A stretch of 56,209 nt of DNA, the filler included, from Jimgerdemannia flammicorona (lineage: Eukaryota), in the NCBI GenBank assembly GCA_003990765.1. It is 2 parts of 2 records of this genome, joined end to end, with 100 filler letters (N's around TTAATTAATTAA, not from the genome) between each part and the next. Parts side by side here need not be neighbours in the genome. Positions count along the whole stretch, not along the records: positions 1 to 28,058 come from RBNJ01000584.1; 1 more part is not named here. One strand, given 5' to 3'. Below the pieces are notes generated by a model. It did not search any database. It was not told where the DNA came from and saw only the letters and a list, made by a program, of their open reading frames with translations. The translations under genes were made by a program, and so were the position numbers. Below are positions 13,101 to 25,431 of the stretch, piece after piece (position 1 is the first letter of the stretch; each line of letters begins with the position of its first letter).

Positions 13101-16100
13101 ATTAGAAAATTTCATAATATGGTTAGGAGTAGGACCTAATAGAATGCAAATTTACTTAAGAGTAGTTTGTAGATTATTAAATAGGTTTATTTGTTATTTA
13201 TGCTATTACTATACTAGGAGTAGTTGTGTGAAGGGATATTGTGGGAAAGTGTTCAGGAGTTGTGTTCAGATTATTCTTGCCTGAGATTCTGAGGTCTGGG
13301 AGAGGGGATATTTGTACTAATGGGAGACTATCTAGACTATACTAAATATAAATATATCACTTAGTATCTTACTAAGTTGAAATGCAGTCATATAGTACAA
13401 GTATGAACTGATATATCAAGAGATCATCTAACTACTGAGTTAGTTCACAGTTATATCATATAAGGCTAATCTAACTATACTAATAACTACTAGACCATCT
13501 ATAGATTTAGATACTATCTAGATAGTTTTCAATGACATCACTATTAATGATATCATCTCTGATGAAGTAGTTATCTAGAAAGAGTAGTTCTTGGATTACT
13601 TCTCTCTATTTTCTCAGATAATAATACATTGGGACCTCATTACTATCCCACAGAATAGTATCATCTATCTCATAGTTAAGTATAGAGTTAGTGGATAAAG
13701 AAGGAGTATATCATCTTTGCTTTCATTGGATTTGCTGTCTGTATATCTTTTATAGATTATGGCACTATATATTGCTAGGTTGTAGTAAGCTGGTAGCTGT
13801 TGCTCATTTTATTCATACTCAAGAGGTAGGGTGGTCAGTTTGATCTCAAGGATTATCTAGAGATATAGGTTGTATTATCTGATCTCTTCATTATAGTTGA
13901 AGTAGTTAGGAGTGAATGTAAGTTGATATTCATACTAGTGGTCATTGTCTCAATAGGTCTCATAGGTGGTTATAAATTATTATAAATTTATTAGTAAGAT
14001 TGGTAGAGTGATCAGAATTGGTAAAGATCTTTGGCTCAAGATCATATCAGTATCAAAGGGGTTATTATTTTCTATTTCATCATTATCAAACTAGATTATA
14101 TTATAGATATCCTTCATAGTATATCTAACTTGGGACATTTGTAGGATATAGTTATCAGAATATAAGAAGGTTCTGTCTGTGGTTTGAATATACTCAATAT
14201 ACTTATAGTTGAGTTCTTATACTACAATATCATCAATTGGCTATAGGATAGAATAATAACTATTTTAGCAGTAGTAACTCAGAGATGGGAAATAAAAAAA
14301 CTGTACTCATAAAAGAGTTCTTAGTGTTTATATGTAATAAGTTTCTGATGTTGAGATATCTGGGTAATATCTATATTATAGTAATGTTTGACCATATCTT
14401 TCAGAAGACAGCTAATCTGATAGTAGCTTGAGATTTGTCCAATTTGGTGGACTTCACTAAGCATGTTCAGAATATTTCATTGGACTTCTATTAAGTAAAG
14501 AGATACCAGACTATAGATATTCATAAGGAGTAGAGGGGGTGTAGCTCAGTTGACAATAATATTCTAAATGTCAGCACAGATATGGTTATAGATCTCAGTG
14601 GTTATATTTGTATATATGTTCAAGAGTTATAGTTATTTATTTGATTTATTGTTCTCTGTTTCAATATATCTGAGTACTCAGTATATATATTCAGTCCTAA
14701 TTAATAAGATTCTGTTTATATAAATCTTATATTCTGTGACTTCAATTTGACTCAGCTTTGTGCTCTGTGACTTCAGTTTGACTTAGCTTTATGATCTTGC
14801 AAGTGATTTCTAGATTTGTTCAGAGAGTAATATGTGATTTTGGTGGCTTAGAGGTTATGTACTTACACAAACTATTGCTCATCTCCAATAGTCTCTACTA
14901 CTTCCTGAGCCACCTTCTGCTCTCCTACTCTCTAGTTTCTATTAGTATTTATTCTTACTAACTTATCTCAGCTCTTCTAGTATATCCTACAACTCATCAG
15001 CCATCCTTTCCCCTATAGAGACTCTATACTGAATGGGAGTCCCTTCTACCATTATCTCATCTTCAGTTACTACACTCTGCCTCTGAACTCTATCCCCTCT
15101 CAAGGTCTTCTCCTGAGTCATTCTCTTCTCTCTTACTTAGATACTAGCCTATAAACCAACTTCCTCAGCAGTATCTACCCCCTCTATATTTCTTTTCAAA
15201 TTTGTTAACAAATTTTTCTATTATTACCTTTTTTATTCTCTTTCCTAAGCAGCTCAATCCAGTCATACTCTTTTGTTATTAACAATCTCTACTACTATTC
15301 TAATCTCAAACTTTTTCTAGATCAGTCTTCTTCTCTTAACCCTAGTAAGTTCTCCTCCTTCTCAGATATCCCCTTTATCCTTAAGACCTTATACTCTATT
15401 AGACTCTACTTTAGTACTACCAGCTAGTCTCTTTCTTTCCCAGTATTCTCTTTTTCTATCAGTCTCACTCTGATATCTACATTCTCTATCCTAAACTCTA
15501 TATCCTCTCAGACCTGGAAGCTGATATCCATAATATCTCTATATTTCTTGACAGTATCAACAATCAACCTCTTGGCCTCCTCTTTCTTCATAGTTAGCAC
15601 ATTAGCCATTATCAGTTAAACCACCTTAGAGTCTTAGTACAAATACCTTATTATAGGAATCACTACTCCTCTAATTATTACCTCTTTCTTCAATATTTCT
15701 AGCATCAAATCCTTCTCCTCAAAGTCCATCTCTACTCTTTCTAGCCTCTTTAAGAACTTTATCAAGACTGTTCTCTTTATCTTTTAGATCAGAAGCCTCA
15801 GAACTATTTTTACTATAACTGCCAAACTATATAATAGTGAATTTAGATACTAATTTCTTGAGTAACAGTACTGCCACCAGACCCATTACACTATTAGCCA
15901 AGTCTCTGGATCTCAGACCACTCCCATGCCCATATTTATTATCAACTATCACATTTGGATTTTTTTTTCAAATTAGCATTCCCCTCTCCCATCAGTAGTC
16001 CTCCTCTTTCCCCCAGCCACTACTCTCTCAGTCTTGCTACCACTATTACTTAATACTACCCCTCTAGGCCCTATAGCTCCCACTTTCTCTTTTTCTCCCT

Positions 16101-16420
16101 GCAGTCATCTCTTCAATCCTATTGATAGATATCCAGCCTTGACCTTATTAGCAAAGCTCACCCTCTCAGTCTTCTATCTACCAGTGCTGCCATTTCCACC
16201 CTCATGTCTACCTGAAAGAGAGCCCAACAGACTCTCCTCTAAGCCATGACTTCTTCCCACATACTGCCAGTCAAATATACTAGAGCTGCCCTACCCAGTA
16301 TGCTCCTTCAATTGCTCATCAGTTGATATATAGCTATCACCTTTTTTTTAAAAACTTTGTTAAGAGTGTTGCCAGAAGTTTGTGTCACCTAAATAGTACT
16401 GGAGAAAGGTCATCTGGTCT
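10160..16420 (-). mobile_element. Decayed non-LTR retrotransposon (L1/Tx1-like LINE): ORF1, APE endonuclease, RT; 3' part missing; ends approximate
   Basis: Minus-strand motifs LSGDFN (~11970, APE), LLD*EKAYNKV (~10750), RGIPQSDLLSLILYALSLEPLL (~10540-10595) and VFADN (~10465). Interrupted by the solo LTR at 12829-14867. Confidence 0.85.
12829..14867 (-). mobile_element. Solo LTR of G2, type A, heavily mutated, inserted in the LINE
   Basis: TGTAAG...CTTATA termini; TSD CAAAC (12824-12828, 14868-14872); contains a decayed ORF-X. Confidence 0.92.
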
Positions 16421-17837
16421 TGCTAATAATCTGTTGCAGTCAATATATTAATACTGAGAGTATTGAACTATCATCTATTCAGACAAGAGGTATTTACAAA
16501 TAATAGAAGCAAATTAAAAACAATATGCTTAGATTGCTCTTTAATAATTCACCTCCCTTCACCACAAACACCTATCCTCTCCTTCAATAATCAATCCTAC
16601 CTCCTCTTCAATGACCCATCTCATTTTGTTGCTGAGCCGAGGCAATTGTTGCCGAATTGTATTGCCAAGCTCTCTCTCTCTTAGCGTAATCATGCGCGTT
16701 TACCATATCCTATTCTCACTGTTATTTCCTCAGCCAGAATTCCTTCTGAAACAAACGAGACCTTCGCCGATCCTCGAACCAAAAAGCAATGTTCATGCCA
16801 GCCATGGATTTCATGGGCGCAGGGCTCCTAGGCTAATCGTCGAAGGAACTTTTAGTTTCAGGGATTGACTGTACAGGATGGAATGATGTGAGGAGCCTGC
16901 CTAAAACACAGTCGCCTCCCATTCAAGGGCGTTTCCGCTCGGCCTCTCTCCCTACCCTCCCCAGTCTTGAGCGAGTTCTTGTCGTAACCACCACCTTAAA
17001 TCTATGCCTTGCGTTGGCAATTGCAGCTCTGGCTGTCACTCCCGATACGAGATGGTCAGTTGGCATTTGGCCACTTCCAAGTGCGGAGGGGGTCTGTCAT
17101 CTGAGAGCGGGAAACCCCGCTACTAAGGGATTGACTCTTTATTCTGCTTCAGAGATTTGACTACGATTCTGACTCCTTAGCGCCAATACCGTTCTCAAAA
17201 ATGAAGGGGGCGAGTAAATACATATAGATCTTGAACTTGATTCATACATAGCTTCCATAACAATTCATGCAGTTCTGACATATATACTCGTTCAATCCGT
17301 GCTCACTGTTTCCGGTTCGGCGGTGTGGCGAAAATGCATAGAGTGCTCGATTCGTAAATATATTTTCTTGACTTGTTGACCTGTAGCCACCTGAAACCCG
17401 GACACATTGTTCCACGAATGGGAGGGCTTTCGCAGGTGGGTCGGCGAGACAGCCTGGAAGGGCCGAAATCAGATCTGGACGTGGGAGGGGTAAGTTCCTA
17501 ATATCGATTCTCCCATTGGTCCGTCTCCTCGGATGATGAATGCTGCTCGATGTTATCCACTGAACATAACTACGATCACCACAGGATGATCGCTTTATTT
17601 GGCGAACGTCACCATCGTTGTGCGAGCCACCTCCTGCGATTGTTGTCATTGCCAATGGCGATTTACTTTCTCTGGGTTCGGCATATAATTATGATGACTT
17701 CGTTATATCTATATCATTGTCCACCCCATCGTTCAGAAACTGGGAAAACAACTGATCAAACAAATTCGCTTTTATATCTACAGTCCGAGAAAGTCGGACA
17801 GAGGGGAAACAACAAAAAAAAATCGAAAATAAAAACG

Positions 17838-17909
17838 GGGCTCAACCGGGAATTGAACCCGGGACCTCTCGCACCCGAAGCGAGAATCATACTACTAGAC
17901 CATTGAGCC
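17838..17909 (-). tRNA. tRNA-Pro(CGG)
   Basis: GGCTCAATGGTCTAGTAGTATGATTCTCGCTTCGGGTGCGAGAGGTCCCGGGTTCAATTCCCGGTTGAGCCC. Acceptor stem, anticodon stem CTCGC/GCGAG around TT-CGG-GT, GTTCAAT T-loop, downstream T5 Pol III terminator. Confidence 0.96.
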
Positions 17910-19149
17910 AATATAATTAGTGGACGCCGGAAATATAAACATATATATATCGCGTTGTTCAAATAACGCATTAGAATATGGCTCGCTCGTTCCTTCCTCT
18001 CTATTCGGCTACACCGCCATACCCATCTCATCTATTTGCCTTCAGCTCGCTAATTTTTGCTATGACACCAGCTTAATGCGGACGCTGCCCGTCAAAAGAC
18101 AGCGACGGTATACCTGAGCTTTCCGGCCTGCTGGCTCTTTGGCGCTTGCTGTGATAATTACATACACTGGCGGCCAAAATTCCAAGGTGCGCGTGACCCG
18201 CTCTTCCGCATCATACGATAACCTTTCCCATCCTCCGCGGATGCTGCAAGACCTATTTTAGAGAACTCTCGCATACATCTCGTACACCTGGAAAAAATAA
18301 AGAAATCGCCGAGCCAACCACAACCAACTCCCGTTGAAAAATCTCCTGATGTGGATGACATCCGCATGAGTTTCGGCATTTCCTTTCAGCATCCTTGCTC
18401 GCTTTCCCACCATCCTATCCAACACGGGGGCGGAGATGTACGCATCTTTGCCCAATCACCATCGCATTCTAAAGACGGAACAACGCATAATTTTGGGAGC
18501 TTGCGCCATCTCCACTCCGCACTAGGCAAACATTTTAGCCTGTACGACAATCTGACTACTTCTAGTGTGGGTCACTTCCATATCCTACACACCAGCTTGC
18601 TTTGTAAGTTGACGCAGGCCATTTTCATTTCCTATCGGACTTGTGATGCCATAGCAACTATCTGTAACTGCGTGACTGATTGTGCAGGTTTTTTTTTTTT
18701 TTTACAATCTGATTCAATCTTGCCACATAAAATTCATGCATAACTGGCTGACAGTTGCTGTAGTACAATACCATCTCTTAGCTAGAAGAAGCGCGTGCAT
18801 GCGATCGAAGAATAATGGCACAACTCCTAAGTACAGTATACGAAACCGACAACTCCAGACAATAAAGCTCAGCGACCACTAGCCATTACACTAGTACGAA
18901 AATAGTGCTCCACATGCATGCCGGATCTTCCTGTGTGATCAACGCATTGAATACAACATTTGACAAACTACTCATGCGACAAACTACTTTGAATACTTAG
19001 ATACGAAGTTACATTTACAACGAAATTAACAAATTTACATAAAGATTGTCTTTGATATTGTCTTTTTAGTCCACAGAACAGTCTGCACGTAAAATCCCTT
19101 GTATCCCCGAATATAAAAGCCGAACAAACGTGAACGCGTGTTCGATTCG

Positions 19150-20286
19150 TCATACTTTGGGCGTTGCTAAGGGCTTTCTCCCGAGAGCGTAAAATACGTG
19201 CCAGTGTACCTGATACTCGGCAAACTCCTTCGCCACATGAATGATCATTTCGTCGAACTCGTCATTCCCCATGCGGAGAACTCTGGTCATGTGCTTTTTG
19301 GCCGATCTCATGGCCTTTTCGATATTCATGGCTGAAAGCGTTGCGATTTCTTCGGGGCCCCACCCAACGGGCACCGAGCGATGATTGTGTTCAATGTTCT
19401 CTAGTCCTATTGATTTCAGAGTTTCGTCAAACGTGTGCACGACCTCCGGATTGATCCCTGCTATATTGTACATTGCTCGAACTATTATTTATTTGGTGAA
19501 ATGGCAATGGAACATTAGACTCAGTACACACCATTATAGCACCGGAATGCAAACAAGAATTTCATACCTTTTGCATATAATTCTGTGGTATGCGGTCCTC
19601 CATGCAACCATCCATCCGTATCGACTGTTATATGAGCAAACATATAAGAAAAGGGCAAAACTGCAAGGCGCATGGCGCAAGCAAAAATTATTTCGATATT
19701 CTCACTTACCAAGCTCCACATATCCTCCAGGCTTAGTTACCCTCACAAGTTCACTTATGACTCTTGACCACTCGTTCTCGCGAAAACTCATCGACTGCAA
19801 CCTCTGAAAGACGTAGTCGAAGCTTCCGTCTGCGAAGGGTAGACTGAGCGTGTCGGCGGTCAGGAAAAAGCAATTCGGTGGCACTTTCTTATTCGCTATG
19901 CTTCTGCTGTAGGCCTCAACTATGTCTGATCCCGTGAAGCTACTGGCCGGATACTGCTTGGCCATCTCGATGGACCAACATCCACTCCCGCAGCCGGCAT
20001 CCAGCACCTGTATTCCTCGCCGCAGCTGCTCCTTTAGCGGCGCCATGTGATTGCCATCGAAAATGAACCTGAGGAGGTAGTGCTGCTGGTCCAGGCGGTC
20101 ACTCTCTTCTGCGTTGTGAGATAACAAGTAGGCCGGGGGCGCGGCTCTGGTAAGCCCAGGGCCGTCTATCCACTTGAATCCAATTGGCAGATTGCTATCC
20201 GCTGAGGGGGATCTTGCTGAAAGAACTGTCGGGTGCTGGAGCCCGACTCTTCTCCTGTGGAAGTGTTTGGATAGTATGCTGCCCAT
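19150..20286 (-). CDS. Class I SAM-dependent methyltransferase (fungal LaeA-like/Methyltransf_23-25 type), 3 exons, 321 aa
   Basis: Exons 20286-19710, 19624-19568 and 19481-19150 with GT-AG introns join in frame (966 nt). Motifs EESDRLDQQHY, VLDAGCGSGCWSIEMA, LPFADGSFDYVFQR, ELVRVTKPGGYVEL. Confidence 0.92.
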
Positions 20287-23200
20287 GGAAAGAAAAGGAA
20301 TGGAGGAAGAGAAAGAAAGATCTATTCAATTTATTTGAAGTTTAGAAAATTAAATCTACACGTGAATGCACCTAAACATTCTATCTTGTTATTCATTTTG
20401 GGAAATTATTCAACTCGGAGATGCGAGTGGCACGAAATACTGGATAGAGGCGTCGATCCCTCCTCCTGCTTCCGAAGCAGCCCGCTTGCTTACAATACCT
20501 CCTTTCGCTCCACCCGAACCGCCTACGACCACTAGCTTTTCATCCGCGATCCCGGAATCTCCATATCCATGCCTTCGCGGGAGGCCACTCATGCCACTGG
20601 TGATCTACACCGTGCCACCATGCTCCATCCGAATTTGTGCAAGTGTCTCCTATCCTGATGAGATCTGCACGGGTGCAACGTCGATCTCCTCCTTGAAAAT
20701 CCGCCTCGGCGATCCCATCTTACGTGATCAAGGCTTCGTCGGGTGTCTTTATGCATGTTGCCTGATTGTGTGAGGGGTATGCGTGATTACGCTCCCTATG
20801 GCCATGTTGGCTGTACGCGAGACACGAAACCTTTAGTTTATCAATTGTAAAAGCCGGTTACCTCGAGGCTTGCCATGATTTAATTATAAGGTTGTCAAGT
20901 TGGTTGTTCCTGACATAGAGTTAATTACAAACTTGCAGGGAGACATATTAGAATTAAAGACGCTTCCTTCCTCGCAACTAGAAAAGGAAATGAAGCCACA
21001 AAAACTGCTGTTGTGAATGGACGGGTCAGGTGATTGTTGGGCTCAAGCCACCTTGCTATTGGGCTATCTGCCTTCGTGTTCTATAAATGACAGGCATGTC
21101 ATACATGCGTCGATTCCACATGGAACACCTCATTGGGTAGTAAAGGACGCGGAGATACCGGGTTGCCACGATCTCAGCCACCCAAAAATTTTATTTGGGA
21201 GAAATGAAAAATAAATACTTCCATAATTACGCCTGCGACACGGATAATGGTGAGTTTTGCTTGCTTTTACGTTCAACCGCGTGCATTTTCTCTTATGATG
21301 GTGTAATTTGCGTTTGAACGGCACTTCACGCGACACATGCCTAGTGTCATTATGCGGTTGTGTCAGTATGTGACTAGAACTTTGCTGAAGAATCCTCTCT
21401 TCACTTTTGGGTGAAGTTACGTAACTGGCAATGTACTGATGGACTACTTGTTCTTTTCAAATAGACTATACTGCATTCCGCTTTGAAGTGTCATGACGGT
21501 ACGTTCATTTCCCATTCAAAACATTCTTCATTCTAGATGTCTATGATTAAATAATCGCTTCCTACGAATCCTGAGGATTATAATATTATCACCAAGATCG
21601 ATGAGATATCATTCACCATCAGAAACATTATTATTATATTATTATATCGCCGTCGTTAACGATCTCTATACGCTCACACCCATCGATTGTAGGCAACGAT
21701 TCTGCCCACCACGCACTCCACTCCATAATGGCAAGTTCAAAGGCACGGTTCTAACAATCTTTTTCGCGCCTTTTGACCTGTCTGTTAATCAACGAAACGA
21801 AACAATAATAAATAAACGATTTGTCAGAAAGGAACCACTGGTGGGATTGTGATGATGGGGTTATTGATCGTATTTTGCTCAGATGTAAACACGGAACAAA
21901 GTATACTACAGGAAGGGGACCAAGCCTAGTGCCTATGCACGTCTGGGAAATGTTTGTTGGTGGCGGCGGTGTTGGCTATGGGGACCGAGTTCTACGTAAA
22001 TTATTATCGGAAATATCGCAGAGGCTGAGCGGAGTGTTGGAATGTTGCAAGGACAACGTTCTTTATAGGAGTGAGAGAATGCGAATGAATTTTATAGGGT
22101 GGAACCCATTGAGACATTTGTTTATTTTATTTTATTTATTTATTTTTACAAAACTTAAATGGATTGTTTGAGTGTCCGGTTTAGGTATAGTACGGTGCTA
22201 TCTTGAGATTTGGACAGGTCCAGCAGCTCCATGAACTTCACATCGCAAAGGTAATATGAGGCAAAGTTTATTAAAAAGTACTTTATGGCCTATCTGAATT
22301 GGTACCTTTTATCTCATGAATGAAATGAGTGGCGAAGCCGTCAAGCACGGGTGCCAAAACCACCGTGATGTCTACCCATCACCGCGTCCAAAGACGAGCG
22401 ATCGAGTGTCGCAGTCCAACACGTCAACCCTGAAAAGTGACCTATTATACGCGGATTCAAATCTGGACTTTATTATTCTGGCAACTATCCTATTTACAGA
22501 TTAGGATGCGTGACGCGTCAATTCCAAAACGTACTGTCAACGACGGAAACTACTTGTTTACGAATGGCGAGAACATATTGGTTTCCTTGCCAAAGGGCCT
22601 CATGGGCTAAGGCTGCCCAGACCAGCTGTTAGCAGGAAACAAATGCTATGGTACTAGGGGGTTTGTGTGCTTGGCCTACTCACATAATGTTGGGTGAGAA
22701 AATCTACTTCTGTCATAGACTGTTGATATCTTGCTGCCTGTCTTCTATATCACCCAGTGTTTATATTTATAGTGCTCACCTATCACAGGAGTAATAATCC
22801 TCACCATGGCACTCTCCTTGGGCTTATCTTGGGTGGGATCTGGTACTCCAGCATCCAAACCTATGTTATATTTACAAGCTATAGATCAAGGTATTATTTA
22901 TAGATATTTAAACCAAGATATCTCTATAGAGAAGTTTGTTTTTTGAAATAAGTAAGTTTTCTTGTATGACATTATACTCAACTTTTAGATAGCAATGATA
23001 ATAAAAGAGAGAATAGAAAAAATAAAGAGGGTGAAGGATAAAAAAAGATAAAAAGATAAAGAAAGAATAGAAAAAGTGAAGAAAGAATAGAGAAAAGAGA
23101 TATAGAGAGTGAAGAATAATACTGTATTTTAGTAAATATATATATACTATTATATATAAGTATCTTTTATATATTATAATATAGTAGATATATATTTTAT

Positions 23201-23633
23201 TTTTAATTTTAATATTTTAGATACTATTAAAAATATTGAAATTAATAACTTATTATAATATTAAGAAAAATATTAAAATATTATATAATATTTAAATTAA
23301 ATTAATTATCTTTTATATTTACTTTGAATTAATTTAAATTATTTATTAAAAGTACTAATTGGTTTATATAACTTTAATTAAATATATATTTATAAATCTG
23401 ATAAATAATAACTATATTGTTTTATAAAGTTTTAATATTTTATAAGATTCTAATAAAATATATGAAATATAATTAATATTTTATATAAATTTCCAAATAG
23501 ATTATATAAATATTTAACTTTTATATATAGTTTTAAATATATAAATAAAACTTTAATAAAGTAAACTTTAATATAAAAAAGCTTCTATATATTTTAATAT
23601 TAAAAAAAAAACTTTAGTATTTATAAAACTATT

Positions 23634-24831
23634 TATTTTATTTTATTTTATTTCATTTTTTAATAGACTTATATCCCATGAAATTTTATTAGAAGGGAAC
23701 CTAGACTATATAGGCCAAAACCCTCCCCCACCACCCACCAAGTACTGCTCCCTCATTAACCTAGACTAGCTATTGTTCAGCAGCTTGACCATACTAGGCA
23801 CAGTAGGGCCTATATTGGCTCACACCTCATTCTATACACCATGCTCTCTCTACCACCAGGAGAAACCCAACTATATGCCAATGACTGAAAGCGCATGTCC
23901 GAGAACTTAATGTATGTATAAGGCCATGCCCAAGCCAAATAAAATAGCTCCTGCCACCCCAAAGAGAATGACAGACAAAGAAAAACCCTCATCAAAGCAC
24001 AATATAGTGGGTAGGGCCTGATTCTCCCAGTCGAGATGAGTAAAGGACTTATATATGAGGCAGGAGGAAGCCCCCAATACCCCACTACTCAAGCCTGCAA
24101 GCCTTGATCACATTGCTATATCAGCTTCCAATTCCAGTTGAGTGCAGCCAAGACACCTGAAATAGGTAGCCTTGGGCCCCCTGACTCCCCCTGATGACTG
24201 GGGCCCAACCCTGCTAACCACCAAAAGAAGCCGAGAGTGACACCTACCATCTAACCATACTGCACCAATCAAAAGACCCCACTGAAGCAGCACCTGCCCC
24301 AGCCCCGATGACTGTCCCCAGTCTGGCACCCTACTGGTTCACTGTAATCACTCATCCTCTTATCTGTGATGGCCATCTCCCCTCCCATCCTGACAATACC
24401 TGAAAAGCAGTCACCTATGCTAGAACCATGCTCACTGGGAAGCTCGCCAAAGCCAGAGAGCCCTACTACAGGTACCAAAGACCTACAGGTAACCTACACT
24501 GAGCACTTGATGCCCAAGGTCAGCCGACTCCCTATGTAGCCCAAGACATACCGAGACAATACCTTGTTGGCAATGGCAAAAGGAAGAAGGTACTGCACTA
24601 AAATGGATATATCCCAGATATAGCCAAAGGTACCAGAATCTGTGAAAAAGTAGAGAAAGCACTGATCTGACACTGATAAAGGGGTAACTCATCACCATTG
24701 CCCTCCTCCCACTATGCTCCTGCAGGTACAGCAAACCAACCTGAGGTATAGGGGGTAATATTAGGGGAAAGGGGACTTAGAAGGTCATCTATCAAACCTT
24801 GTGACCAGTAAGGTAGCAGAGAAAGGAGCTA
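23634..24831 (-). mobile_element. ~1.18-kb poly(A)-tailed non-autonomous retroposon, copy 1
   Basis: Matches the three other copies; A-rich tail at the left end; probable ~14-bp TSD TTTATAAAA(C/T)TATT on both sides. Confidence 0.8.
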
Positions 24832-25431
24832 TTTATAAAATTATTTATATATATAAAATTATTTATCTATTTATATAGATTAAATAAATTCTAATTTTGT
24901 CTCTTAGTTTATTTAAACTAAACTAGACTATATTATTTAAAATTTTAAGCTTTAATATAATAAAAACTTTTTATAATAGAGCTTTAATATAAAAGAACTT
25001 TAATATAAAAAGAGCTTTAGAGTAAATAGCTTTTATATAAATAAAAGCTTTAATATAGAGAGATTTTAACAAAAAAGAGAAAAAAACTTTAATATAAGAC
25101 TTACATAAAAAAGTATTAATATAAAGCTTCAGTATAAAAAGACATTAACATTAGAAAGTATCAGTATAAAGTATAAGAAGACATCAGTATAAGCTTATAA
25201 TTATAAGCAACTTTAACACTTTGTCATCTTATCTACTCATAATTGTCTACTCATTAAATTTGTATAGGCCAAATAAATTCCTTTATTTGACGTTGGATTC
25301 ATTTGCATTCAGGCTTCAATTTAAACATAGAATCGGCCTCTGATTTTAAGCGGACATTGCTGAGTAAGCTTGTCATGTGATTTGTGTTGTGACATTTACC
25401 GCCTTTCTGTCCCACAGTCTTATGTGAGAAT

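Noticed and set aside
16611..18900. Short ORFs in the CpG-normal island (e.g. 17242-17655, 16888-17160, 18351-18743)
   Set aside because: No recognisable domain or consistent splice model; a diverged gene cannot be excluded without RNA data.
20335..22600. ORFs of 60-135 aa upstream of the methyltransferase
   Set aside because: No motifs; consistent with intergenic or promoter DNA.
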